Source: Podospora anserina (lineage: Eukaryota). Taken from it: DNA of 64,000 bases. How positions within the stretch are numbered: position 1 is the stretch's first letter; each line of letters begins with the position of its first letter. The position numbers and the translations under genes are program-made. Location: NCBI GenBank assembly GCA_017654855.1, contig CM030333.1, positions 4,836,001 to 4,900,000 of the forward strand, written 5' to 3'. Under the pieces are notes generated by a model. That model was given only the letters and a program-made list of their open reading frames with translations. It was not told the DNA's origin and did not search any database. Shown here piece by piece: positions 48,851-60,598 of the stretch.

Positions 48851-50491
48851 ATGGCAGCAGAAGTTCAACCGTTACCGCTGGTTAAGCTGCCTTCGGGCCC
48901 CAGCCCCGTCACTCCCGAACAGCGATATTGGAGATCCTTCAAGAACCAGAAATTACATACCTCGACGGCAACATGGCCCATCTCGCACATCAGTTTCCCC
49001 GCCCAGACAGGCGCCGTCCTGTCCAATTCCATGGTTGCCGCCACAAAGATCAATGACCTCTTTGCAGTAACCTCAGGTCCCCGTGTGGACATCTTCTCGA
49101 TACGAAAGCGCGAGCTCCTCAAGACGATTGGTCGCTTCGACAGCGAGGCCCATTCCGGCGAGATTAGGGCTGACGGCAGAGCGCTGGTCGCCGGTGAGGA
49201 TTCGGGAAAGATGCAGGTTTTTGATGTCGGCGGCGGTACAAGGGCTGTTATTCTCAAGACATGGCACATCCACAAGCAGCCGGTGTGGGTTACAAAGTGG
49301 TCACCCACCGAGCTCACTACCCTCATGAGTTGCAGTGACGACAAGACGGTCCGGTTGTGGGATCTGCCATCAAACAACCCCAGCCATGCCTTTACCGGTC
49401 ACTCAGATTACGTCCGCAGCGGCGCTTTCATCCCCGGCGGCAACAGCAACATGCTGGTCACCGGTTCCTACGATGAGACGGTCCGGGTGTGGGATGCCAG
49501 GACACCGGGCGGTTCAGTCTTCACCTTTAAGCACAAGGACCCAATCGAAGAAGTCCTGCCCCTTCCCGGGGGCACCACCCTCCTCGCTGCCTCCGGAAAC
49601 GCCATCTCGGTCCTTGACCTGGTCGCCGCGAAACCACTGCGTCTTATCACGAACCACCAAAAGACTGTCACAAGTCTCTCGTTGGCGTCCAATGGCAAGC
49701 GTGTTGTCAGCGGCAGTCTGGATGGCCATGTCAAGGTCTTTGAGACTTCCAACTGGAACGTCGTGTTTGGGTGCAAATACTCCAGCCCTATCCTCTCCCT
49801 CTCGGTCATCGCCGCCGGCGCAGCCCAAGAAGACCGCCACCTCGCCGTAGGCATGCAGTCCGGCGTGTTGGCCATCCGCACCAAGCTGTCAGGAGCAGCC
49901 GCCGAGAAGGCCCGCGAGCGCGCCGCTATCGAAGCCGCCATTGGCACCTCAGCTCTCGACAAGATCGACGCCAGAAATGCCAAGCGCAAACGCGCAGCCG
50001 TCAGCAACAAGAACATGGACATGCTGGGCGAAAACGTCGACGTCGTCATCCCAACATCAGACACTGGCTCCAGGAAGAAGAAGCTCAAGCCCTGGCAGCG
50101 CAACTACAAGGATGGGTTCTACGCCGCGTGTCTAGACGAAGTAATCGACATGTCCGGGCCAGAGTACCAACCTCTTACCGCCCTCACCGTTCTCATTGCT
50201 CTTCGTCACCGGTCCGCGCTCCGCGAGGCGCTCGAGGGTCGCGACGAAGTGTCCATCATCCCTCTTCTAAAATGGGTGAGCAAATACATTGTTGACCCGC
50301 GCTACCTCAGCATTTGCGTCGATGTGTCCTTCCACTTGTACGATCTCTACAGCGAGCACGTTGCCGGAAGCTCAGAACTGGCAGTGTTGTTCCACGCTCT
50401 CCTCGGCAAGGTGTCAAGGGCGGCGAGCAAGGCGCAAACCGCCATGGAAGTGGCGGGCATGTTGGAGACCTTGACGTTGGGGAATAACTAG
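48851..50491 (+). CDS. UTP15: U3 snoRNA-associated WD40 protein 15 (SSU processome)
   Basis: EQRYWRSFK; WD repeats (SDDKTVRLWD, GHSDYVRSG, GSYDETVRVWD, NHQKTVTSL, SLDGHVKVF); C-terminal LRHRSALREALEGRDE domain. Confidence 0.95.
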   Translation: MAAEVQPLPLVKLPSGPSPVTPEQRYWRSFKNQKLHTSTATWPISHISFPAQTGAVLSNSMVAATKINDLFAVTSGPRVDIFSIRKRELLKTIGRFDSEAHSGEIRADGRALVAGEDSGKMQVFDVGGGTRAVILKTWHIHKQPVWVTKWSPTELTTLMSCSDDKTVRLWDLPSNNPSHAFTGHSDYVRSGAFIPGGNSNMLVTGSYDETVRVWDARTPGGSVFTFKHKDPIEEVLPLPGGTTLLAASGNAISVLDLVAAKPLRLITNHQKTVTSLSLASNGKRVVSGSLDGHVKVFETSNWNVVFGCKYSSPILSLSVIAAGAAQEDRHLAVGMQSGVLAIRTKLSGAAAEKARERAAIEAAIGTSALDKIDARNAKRKRAAVSNKNMDMLGENVDVVIPTSDTGSRKKKLKPWQRNYKDGFYAACLDEVIDMSGPEYQPLTALTVLIALRHRSALREALEGRDEVSIIPLLKWVSKYIVDPRYLSICVDVSFHLYDLYSEHVAGSSELAVLFHALLGKVSRAASKAQTAMEVAGMLETLTLGNN

Positions 50492-51452
50492 GGGGCAGCG
50501 TCAGTTTGTTAATGAAGGGGCAAGCCTACTTTTGTGTATTTCTTAATTATTCTCTGTCTGGTCTATTTGTATTGCATTGCGTCGGAGTTTTTATATTGTT
50601 CTATTTGATCCAAGAGGGGATAGGAAAGGGTTTATTAAAAAGCCACTGCTGCTCTCGTACTGTTGTTACTGTTGTGGTTGTTTTGTTGTCTTTTGACATA
50701 GAGAGATACCTATACTCGGATATTGCTGCGAGAAGGGGCATGACGGGGAAATAAAACATATGTTTCGGATGGGTCTACCTGGTTTGGCGTTTCGTGGCGG
50801 TCAACGTCTTTCTGTATTGGTGTGTAATCTCTTGTCATGATACGGTCTTTTGAAATGGCTCAAATATTAGGATGTATTTCTTCACATGTTAGGGTTGGTT
50901 GTCTCCAAAAACATCACTTTCGGCGATGAATCATGTCCTCCTCGCCGTCAAGCCGGGTACGCCACCCGATCTTGGTGTGAGTCAGTCGGATGCCCTAGGG
51001 CTCTGAAATCGTCTCCCAAACAGCTGGTGGTCACATCAAATGGATTATCCATCATGGTTTTGATGTCAGAGGCTTTGAGCTAATGGCTCAACCTTCCACC
51101 AAGACTCTTCTTTTCTCTTCCCAACAAAAGCCAACTTCAACCTTAATAAATGTGCTGGGGGGATTCATCACTCATCAAGATGAAAGAGGAAATGTTCAAT
51201 CAAGTCTCATTTACGCCCCAAATCATCCATAACATCCCCACAATGTTGGCCCATCCATATCCCTACCCTACCCTACATGTTCCCAAAAAGCTAAAATCCA
51301 CCGCTGTATATAACAGAACACCTCCTCGTCATATCCATAAGTCGTATAGGCAAATTCACCTTCCGTCCCAAAAAAAGTCCAAACCAAGGGAAATGAAAGC
51401 TCAAAAAATGATGAGATATCATAGAATTCCAATGTTGGAAATGCGCCTCTTT

Positions 51453-54400
51453 TTACCACTGCCCCTGATGCGCATACCCCTGATGGCGCCTCGACGATCT
51501 CCCCGTTCCAATATCAATCGACCTCAACTCCTCCTCCAGGCTCAACTCCCTTCCACCACCCACCCCACCACCATTGGCATACCCGTCATTTTGATGCCGA
51601 TACCCCGCGTCATGATAATCATAATCATCCATCCCTCCTCGTCTGGCAGCACTACTGCTGTGCAACTGCAGCGCGCCGCTCATATTACTATTATTATACC
51701 CCTGGGAAGGCGGCAACGCCAAAGGGATCTTAGCCGGAGGAGGAGGCCCATTCCGTCCAATACTCCCCTGCATGGAAGGGTGGTAATTCTCCCCGGCGCC
51801 ATAGTCAAAAGTTGAGGCTCGTGGGAGATTTCTTTGGGAATTAAAGTTGTCCTGGTGAGGAGGCAGGGGAGCAAGAGGCTGAGAGTCTAAGCCAACGTTG
51901 CTGTTCCTCCTTCCGGGACCAAGACCATTGGCGCCAGACATGACTGGTTCTGATGGTGAGAACCCAGACGAGATGGACATGCGATGGGGAGGTTTCTTTT
52001 GGAGGCGATTTCGGCCGTTGGAGACAGGCGGGGACGGAGTGAGGGAATCAAAAGAGTCAGGTGCGACGTAGCTTTGTGGACGGGAGGCGGCAACGATGCG
52101 TAGAGGACGACGGCCGGTCGAAGATACGGGCTGCGGTTGTGGACCACCCGGTGTAGGACGAGGAGCGGGAGATGTCTGTGTCGGCTTCTTCGCTTCGGGT
52201 TCAGGTGCCCAAGTGTCCATGGGCAAATGGTCAGAGGGGTCAACTTCGCGACCATCGTGTGTGATGATCTTGCCAGTGGCTGCGTCGTAGTCTGGCAGAG
52301 CAGCGGTCGGGTCGTGCATGGCAGCAGCGGCGGCGGTGGGGTTGAGAACCTCATAGCTGTCGGGGCCGAAAGGAACGCTGGACATAGCACGGCTATCAGA
52401 GGATGGTGGTCTGGGGCTTACTGATTTGCGGCGGATGGTGTGTTGCTGCTGGGGTGGGTTGTGATGTTGCTGGGGCGGGTTGGGACTAGGGTCACGAACG
52501 GGTGGGTTGGGCGAGTATGCCCGCGACTTGATCACTACGTTAACACTCGATGTCGATGGCCCTGCTGTGTAAGTCATGGGACTCCTGCCATGAGCAGGAG
52601 GCTGAGCGTTGTAGCTCGCCGGGGATCCATCTTGATCATATCTCCGAGCGACATCCATGGTTCTGCCCCTTGGGGGTGTCTCCATTTGCGCTTGTTGGTT
52701 GTACCGTCGACGACCACTGTCTTCGTTGACACGCACCGCGATCTCCTGTGAGATGTTTGGATCAATCCCAGGAATCAACGCAGCAGGCACTGGTGCAGCC
52801 GAGTAGCTGTTTGACCCATTATCGGGCTCATCTCGCCATGGCAGTGCTCTCTGGTTCTGATGGGACTCGTACGTGGGAAGGCTAGGCTCGGAATGCCGGC
52901 CATAGTTGGAAGAAGACGAGTAATCCGACGGTTCCCGCCGTGACAAGTCGGTGGAGGACATGACGTAGCCATTGGAGCTCTGATATCCCGATTGTTCCTG
53001 CATTCCAGGCGAGGTCGAACAGCGCTGGTCTTGCACGCCAGGAGAAGTCGAGTACCGCTGGTCTTGTACACTGGGAGAAGTCGAGTACCGCTGGTCTTGC
53101 ATCCCAGGCGAGGTCGAGTACCGGTCTTGGATCCCAGGAGAAGTCGAGTACCGCTGATCTTGCATGCCTGGAGAGGTGGAGTATTGATGGTCCACTGCAT
53201 TGCTCGGTCTTCTCCCTGAAATGTTCAGTGGAGCAGGGCTAGTCTGTTCAAAGTCCAGATCATACTGTTGTTGAGATTGGCCAGGAGGCGCCCTGCCCAT
53301 GCTTCTTCTGTTCGAATTAGAAGACTCGGGAGACTCGGGGACGTCTTCGACGGTGGCTTGCATGCCTCTATGTGACTGGTCATACCCGTTCGTGTCATAT
53401 GAATAATGTCTAGGTGGCGGGGGTTGCTCTATAGCCTGATACTGAGAGCCAGGCAGAGCAGCTGGTGACGAGTCGGCAGCCTTGTAAGTTGGACGCCCCG
53501 GGTAACTTGAAGGGGAGGCAGAAGCACGATGGGCCTCGTTCCTCAGAACGTCTTGTCTCATTGTCGGCGGAGTCCCTTGAAACCCTGAATTGGGAGCAGA
53601 GTTGAGGCTAGGCCTAGACCGATGGGCGGGAGGTGGAGGAGGTCGATCGTCACTAAATTCCTGAGGTGGCTCCTGTTGTGGTGCTCCATATGGGTCACTG
53701 GGCCTAGAGTCATAGCGGTCGTACGACTGCGATTGCTGTCCAGGGTATCTGTCCACTCTTTCCGGTGTCTGGTATTGTTGAGAGGGCGGTGGCTCTCGTC
53801 GAAGATCGGCACTACGCTCTCGACGAGGATAATGTTCCAGTGGTGGTGGTTGCTGCTGGTAGCGCGACGACTGAGACCCATACTCAATATGCTGCAGGGG
53901 TGACTGAGACGGCACATATGATGAAATAGGATTTGGCTGAGAGCGAGGCGGTGTCTCTACCGGCTCCGGCGCAGGGGCAGGTGGTGGTGGCTTTGACGAC
54001 GGTGCGGGTGAGGGTGTTTTCCCCGTAACCGGATCCGAAGGTAGGGGCCGCCGTTTCGGCATGGCCCTGGGTCCCGTGGCGGCCACTGGCGCTGTCTCGG
54101 GTTGCTGCTCATTTTCTGCTAAAGAAGCTTGTTGCGGATTTCTTGACTTGGTTGGTGCCTTGTCGGGCTTGGGGTGGTTGTCGTAGTATGTGAGTTCAAG
54201 ACGGAGCTCGCCAGCATATTTACCCCTGCATTGCAGCTGGTGCCATTGATCACTCTGCCCACCCCCATCGACAATGATATCGCGCAGGTCTATCCATGCC
54301 TCGCCTATAAGTTCGGTCTTCTTGTCGTCGTTGAACACGGACACTTTAAGCTGAAAGTAGTCTGGTGAGTCGTGAACTGTGAATCTGAGTTCTTGATCCC

Positions 54401-54714
54401 TGTGTGACATGACATGGTTAGTCGAGTTCACCATCCCATCTATCTAGCCTTGTGTTGCTGTGACCCGAAAGATTGGGGGAAACATACCATCTGGGAGTTT
54501 GACCGCCACGAATGTCGGTGCTGGTCTTCTTTGCTTCTTTCCCCAGGCGCGCAGCGCAGTAAGGATCTTGTTTTCCAATCGTCTTGCGGTTCGGTAAGTT
54601 TTTCGCCCGGTCCACCACCAAAACAAGCGTACCGATTTCTGGTCCATCGGCACTCATGTCTGAGAAGATGCCCGCCGTATGGGCGAGCGGGAGGGTTTTT
54701 GTTCTGGTGGACAT
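51453..54714 (-). CDS. N-terminal C2-domain, Pro-rich cytokinesis/ingression protein (Inn1/Fic1-like), intron 54400-54487
   Basis: GTLVLVVDRAKNLPNRKTIGKQDPYC...TDIRGGQTPRW|DQELRF...LKVSVFNDDKKTELIGEAWIDL...GELRLELTYY, followed by a long tail with PxxP motifs ([13 protein letters not shown]). Confidence 0.88.
52992..53183 (-). repeat. Coding tandem repeat, six units of 30-33 nt encoding YSTSPG(M/I/V)QDQR
   Basis: YSTSPGMQDQR YSTSPGIQDR YSTSPGMQDQR YSTSPSVQDQR YSTSPGVQDQR CSTSPGMQEQ. The units are also similar at DNA level. Confidence 0.95.
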
Positions 54715-55042
54715 TTTGCCCTTATTTTTCTGTTTTGTGGCTCTGGATTGATCAAAAGAAGGGATCGGGATTGTTTACTCGAGGGGGGCTTGGCCCAGCG
54801 GCTGTTGGTCCTTGTTTTGGGGGGGAGGGTGTTTCCAGGTTGTGCTGACGTGCGGTCCGAGGTAGGTGCCCCGCTGACAACGAGGTCGAATGCTTGACTT
54901 CAGAAGTGTGTCAAAAAACAAAAGAGAAACATGAGGTCAGACTGAAGAGTTAGGCCACGACCCAGAAAGCTCAACGAAGGGAAGGAGGGAAAGAAGGAGC
55001 AGGTGCAGAAAGAAGAAAGCACCCTGATGAGAGAGCAGGTGG

Positions 55043-55083
55043 AAGCACAAGCACAGGAAGCACACAAGCACAAGCACAAGCAT
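55043..55083. repeat. Degenerate (AAGCAC)n hexamer repeat upstream of the Inn1-like gene
   Basis: aagcacaagcacaggaagcacacaagcacaagcacaagcat. Confidence 0.8.
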
Positions 55084-55834
55084 CCGCACGGCAGTGGTGC
55101 CGCCCGGGCCCCCCAAACAACCGCTAGCTTGGGTTAGATCGCGCGTCTCTGCGGTGGTTGGGTGGATTCCAAGTTGGGGGATTACGTGCATTTCCACTGG
55201 ATTTGGGGTGGCTGGTGCGCCCGATACCCGCGTTACCGCGCAAATCCGCGAGGCTGGGCTGATGCCCGGAACAGGGGTTTAAAGCTGTTTCCTGATCGAC
55301 CTTGCAGTGGCAGCCCCAAATCCTCGTCTCTGATTTGCACCAGCCTCTTTCCCCTTCCTGCATCCCGACATCCCAAGATAAAGAGATTTCAACTGCAGCT
55401 TGAAACGCAACTTCCCTTTGCATCTGTTTCCAGGTTGTTTGGTTCTTTCTCGGGTTATGGCGTGTCGCGACTCGCGAGCCATCCTCTGTCTCCCAAGCCA
55501 CCTTGTTGACGTCTTGAACTCCACCTTGATGTTGCTTTTACCAAGAATCCACGATCTTCCCGAAACAAAACCCCACAACTGGAGAAATCAGGAACCGGAT
55601 TTCAGCTCTTGTCATGTCTCTCGAGCTGGGGTCACCACTGTAAAGGTATATGTCACATGAGCTATTTTTCCAGGTCTATGTAATACCTGAAGACAGGTAT
55701 ATTTGATCACTGTTGTGCTAGTTTTGCTTGGATGCTATGGTAGTTACAAATGAAATATCGAGGAGACTCGAGGTTGGATTATATTTTACAAGATTTCAGA
55801 CACGCTAATTTCCCGCTTCCCCACGTGTAGCGGT

Positions 55835-56207
55835 TTACATGTTGTTGAGGCGCTCCTCAGCAGACTTCTTAGCCTCGTCAGAGACATTAGGGTTCTTCAT
55901 GGTCCTGTCCGGCCAAACCACCGTTAGCTGCCGTGTTTCGGAACGCGCGCCTCGGATGCAACGGATCACTTACGCCTTGAGACCACCGGCAACGTTGCCT
56001 GGGTTCTTGTCCTTGGTGTCGCTGGCCTTGGGGACTACACGCGTGATTAGCAAGAGACATCGGGTGTTCATGGAGAGCACGCGTACCGTCACCACCGTTG
56101 AACTCGTTGTCGAGAATTTTTTGGGAGTTATCCTTGGACTCCTTGGAGGTGTTGGGGTTGTTCAAGTTGGCCTTGTGGCCGCCGGCGATCTGAGCATCAG
56201 TAGGCAT
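55835..56207 (-). CDS. con-6: Conidiation protein 6 family (LEA-like small hydrophilin), 3 exons
   Basis: MPTDAQIAGGHKANLNNPNTSKESK...GD|VPKASDTKDKNPGNVAGGLKA|TMKNPNVSDEAKKSAEERLNNM* contains two Con-6 repeats. Introns at 56035-56086 and 55905-55973. Confidence 0.93.
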
Positions 56208-56510
56208 CCTGAAGGTTGGTTAATTGTATGGAGAGATTGCGTTTTGTGTGAGGGGTGATGAGAATTAGTGTCTGGAAGGTGGGATCTCCCCGGTCATATA
56301 TCAACAATACCAGTTGATAGCACGATGCGGCTTGCTCGCTCAACGGGTGGCTTTGTCGTGTAGAGCCAAGCTAGAGCTCACTATAGGCTTGGGCATGTTT
56401 TCTTGACGCAAGGTTCCTTGATCGGGATTATAGAGTAGCACGTCATGGACAAAATAACTGGCACAGCAAAGTAGGTCAATTCGGGAGAGTGGTCCGAATC
56501 GCACTTGAAA

Positions 56511-56660
56511 AGATACCTAGTTAAGATGCGTTAGAGATGATTAGTTACTAGGGCTCGGAAGATAGTTAATAGATCTTAACGAATAATTAAAGAGGCCTAT
56601 TCATTATTTAATGAGGTATAAATTAATGGCCATCACACGTTCTACTAACCTAGAGTACCT
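56511..56660. repeat. AT-rich, TpA-rich patch; probable RIP-mutated repeat remnant
   Basis: Hand count gives about 23 TpA against about 4 CpA and 4 TpG in 150 nt, unlike the flanking sequence. Confidence 0.5.
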
Positions 56661-56739
56661 GCTATTTTGTCCAGGACATGAGTAGGCGCTTCGAAAAGAG
56701 GACGGTGAGAATGGCCGACATCATGGGCAAAGTCCGAAC

Positions 56740-57436
56740 ATGATGTCGAGATCCAGCGGGCGCTTTGCCATGGAGTCCACCGGACCCATGCAAACATCCG
56801 TAGTTGAAGCTAAAATCGATCGCTCCAGGGGGGACGGTTCTTAGATCCAGATTCCCGCAGATCTACAACTCCACGTCAATAACTAGACCGAGCGAAAAGT
56901 TCCCAACCTTGAACCGTCTTGCACCAGCTTGACGATTCTGAAGCTAAGGACTGATGATGTCAGGAAAAGGGGTTCAGGAACGCTAACACAGATGTCTGTC
57001 TTTAGGAGAACAGCAAGTTCGTCATGTAACGTCAATCATAAATCTTTGGTGTCTTGAAGCCCGAGATATTCAGCTGCATCTTCAAAATCTGGATGACTGC
57101 CAAGACGGGTTCTTTGATACAACAACAATATAGGGGCAGGGTGTGTGCTTAATAGCCGGTGCCCTGCTTTCCGATCTTGCATCATGTCAGCAATCAGTGA
57201 GTGATCTTCCCACCAGGTGCCGTCGTATTGGGTGCAGCAAAGCTGACTATGCACATATATATGTCTGAGAAAGGTAACGAATGGGAACAAATGGATTTTT
57301 TGTGCAGGCCATCAACTCCAACAAGAGTCATTGCGTCCTCTGTGCGTCTGCCAGTGGTGACGAGGAACTTCTTCAGCCCTACAACAAGCTCCACTGGCTG
57401 ATGGGGAAGGCTAGAAACTTGGCGTTACGTCAATAG
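56740..57436 (+). pseudogene. Possible degenerate spliced gene
   Basis: Protein-like frames are broken by stops (TAG at 56842, 56884 and 57131). Intron-like signals: GCTAAC 56982 ..TTTAG 57005, donor GTGAGT 57197, branch GCTGAC 57242. The frames do not join cleanly and no family was recognised. Confidence 0.3.
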
Positions 57437-58271
57437 CGTCCGAGGTTCAACCTCGCGGCAACGTCCTGTCAATCAAATTGTCGTGATAGAAATGCTTACT
57501 GGCCTTCTGTCGTCTCGGTTGAGGAACAAGACCTCAGCTTTCAGCATTCATCATGAAGTGAGGACATCCGGACGTCCCGACGGTGAGGACACGCCAACCG
57601 TGACTCGTGGAAAGCTGCGTCCAGTAGGGAGACACTGCAGCGTTGTGAGCCCCTCGGGCCGAATCTTCAGGCTCAAATATGCTGTCGATCTTTGCAGATT
57701 ATGTGTCGGTAAAGAAATCAGGAACTTTGGAAGTTCAAAGTCGACGCAAAACTCTTTGGATGCCTCGTATCTTGAAGCTCAAAAAACATTTACAAAAGAA
57801 AAGTTGACATCGGACAATAAAGCCACGCTATTCCCAATCAGAACATCTCCACAATTTAGCGCCGTTGTCTTATCGATAAACCAAAAACCAAGCCACAGTC
57901 CCCATCTGCGGCGCTACTTTCCCGCTTCAGTGTTTCCCCCGTTTGGTCACCACCTGTCCACAAGGCTGAGAGCCGAATTATTGATTCTTGTCGTCACCTG
58001 CACTTGCCCACTCTTGTTGATTTGCTCGTGTGTGGTGCATATTCAGCTCCAAACTGTCGGGTCTCCGCCTTGCGCCCCGCTCTCTAACAACCGTTTTCTA
58101 GGAGGCCGTCCGGGGTAATTGGCCGATTCCCCACGTGCTAGGCATGTTGTTTCAAGACTTTCAAAACATCACATCATCATCAACAACCTAAAACCACACC
58201 CAAGCCGATTCCAAAAATACCTCCCACGTGGCTGGCAGAGCAAGGTGGCGATTTCACTCGGTACCTACAAC

Positions 58272-58872
58272 ATGGCTGCCTCAGACATCCTCCTCTCTGA
58301 CAACCCAGAGCCGAAACCTCCGGTGGTCAACTACGTCCTCTCCTTTTTGCTGGTGGGCATAGCGTGGGGGTTGACGACACCCTTCATCCGCGCCGCGGCC
58401 CGCTCCCACTCCCCTCCACCCCACCCGCTGCTCGAGTCACGCTCTGTGCAGTCGAGTGTGGTGAAGCGGAAGGTGCTCGGGGCTTTTTTTGGTGTGATGG
58501 ACCTGTTGAGGAACCCGAGGTATGCGGTGCCGCTGGTGCTGAACTTGACGGGGAGCGTGTGGTTCTTTTTGTTGATTGGGAAGGCTGGTATGTGTCACCC
58601 CCCCTCCCCTCGTATGGGAAAGGGTAGGTGGCTGGATGGTTGCTGATAGGATGATACAGAACTGAGCTTGACGGTGCCTATTGTGAATACCTGTGCGTTC
58701 TTGTTTACCGTGCTGGGTGAGTGGTGGGTGGAAGGGAAGGTTATCAGCCGTGGTAGGGCTTGTTGCTATATTCAACTACGGCCAATAGCTAACTTGTGTA
58801 CCAGATACCTTGATTGGCATGTTTTTAGCCGTGGGTGGAATTGCATTGTGTGTACAGAGCAAGAATGTTTAG
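58272..58872 (+). CDS. TMEM234 / UPF0546 small membrane protein, 3 exons
   Basis: LLVGIAWGLTTPFIR, YAVPLVLNLTGSVWFFLLIGKA|ELSLTVPIVNTCAFLFTVLGEW...|DTLIGMFLAVGGIALC. Confidence 0.9.
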
Positions 58873-59642
58873 ATTCGTTGCTGGTAGTTGGAGTACATAT
58901 ATTATACACAGTCGAAGAGATTTAGCGTATCATATTGAAGCCACTCAATGCAAGACTGTTTTGCAATTCAACAACTATTTTCCTACGCTGCTCCCGGCAG
59001 TTCGTAGGGCCCCCCCTTTTTTGGTATCCTTTAACGTCCCCTGACAAAATATGCTGTGTGTATGCATGTATGACCATCCAACCCACCCGCAAGAAGCTCC
59101 TGTTCCAGACAGAGCCCCAAGCCAGTACCAAACCATTCAACAAATATGTACAGTTGAACTTTTTAATAACCATAGCGAAACGACAAAAGAAAAGGAATAA
59201 ATCCAAAACGGGGAAAATAAAACCTGTATCCCTGCGTGTGCTGACCCGTGGTATCTTGTAATCCAATGTTTTTAAAAACCCCAAACAAAACCTGGAATCC
59301 ATCGAAAATGTCGCCCCGAAAGAAAAAGAAGAAAAATGTTCAGTGGGAAATTGACCGTTCCCCCCATGATGCAAAGAAGAGAAGAAGAAGAGAGGAGATA
59401 ATTATTTTTGTGTAGTTGATGACTCGCATCGTATCGTGTTGTTGTTGTTCCCCTTTTTTGGCCGACGGAGAATTTGGCAAGAAGGGGGGCCCCCGGGGTA
59501 TCGATGTGTGTAAACATTAAGTTTTGTTCTCCGATCATGGTCGTGGTTTCGTGAGGCATGGTGAAAAAATCGTCGAGTTGAACCGGCCGTGAACCGTGAT
59601 GTGATCAGGTCGTCGTCGTCGTGACAAGTCGTGAATTAGGGA

Positions 59643-60598
59643 TTAAGCTCTCCGAGTCCGAACCCACCGCTGCACAGCGCGGAGGCTTGGGTCTTCGTCT
59701 ACCCAGCGGCCCATGGTCATGTCGGAGACCTGAAGCTCCGAGTAGATGGCTTCGTCGGTGATGTTTGCGAGCTCCTACTTTTTGTAAGTTTTTCTGAGGG
59801 GGCAACAGGAAAAGGAGAAAAAAGAAACAGTGAAAAGTAGACGTACAGCACGCAGTTGTTGGTCGCAGGCCCTGAGTTGGCTCTGGTTGCCAGAGTGAGG
59901 CCTGCCACCCATAAGAATCTGATCCCGCCATTCGATCCAGCGCTGCACAGCAGCCTGACGGAGATAGATCTTTTGGCCTTCGTGACGGCGAGCGTAGGCG
60001 TCAAGGAGGACTCTGTTGGGTCCATGACGTTAATACCAAGAAAAAGGGGAGGACGGATAACCAAGTTTGGAGGACGAGAAACCTACTGCTTAAGCTCGGC
60101 CTTGGCCTGCTCGTCCGCACCACCACTCGCGCGGGGGACTGTGATGTCGGCAGCGCAGTTGAGAATGTGCTGGCCATCAAGAGCGCACTGGCGAAGTGCT
60201 GCCCATCCCTCCGTGTAGTAGTCATCCATGTCGGTAGGGTTGACCGGGGCAGCAGCAATGTAATACTGAAGAGTGCGAAAGTCGGAAAGCAATTCGGCCA
60301 CGCGGGCGGTGCGGTATTCGTTGACTGGAGCTTCCCGTTAGTCTCATAACTTCCTGAGGAGCGGTGGCCTGCCAAGGTGAAGATCGCTTTTCAGCAAGCC
60401 TCGTCGGGGGTGGCGCCTCGGTTGGATTCATGGGAGTGGACGATGGCTTCCCGGGGGATACTTTCGTAAATTTCCGATGACGCACAAGCCCATCAGAGGG
60501 GGTGGGCATTGTGTTGATAGGGCTTAGGCTTGAGTGTAGGGGGTAAAAGAGGGGGGGTGTGGGTGCTAAGGGGTGAGCAACATACGTCCGTCAGACAT
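59643..60598 (-). CDS. Small uncharacterised helical protein, 4 exons (60598-60586, 60324-60087, 60012-59847, 59774-59643)
   Basis: The spliced frame is open: MSDGLNEYRTARVAELLSDFRTLQYY...EGWAALRQC...AELKQVLLDAYARRHEGQKIYLRQAAVQRW...LRAELANITDEAIYSELQVSD...GRWVDEDPSLRAVQRW. It has three GT-AG introns and a strong ACCATG start. Confidence 0.88.

Noticed and set aside
52992..53183. Repeat array as a CRISPR-like structure
   Set aside because: The units are contiguous without unique spacers and lie in frame in a eukaryotic CDS.
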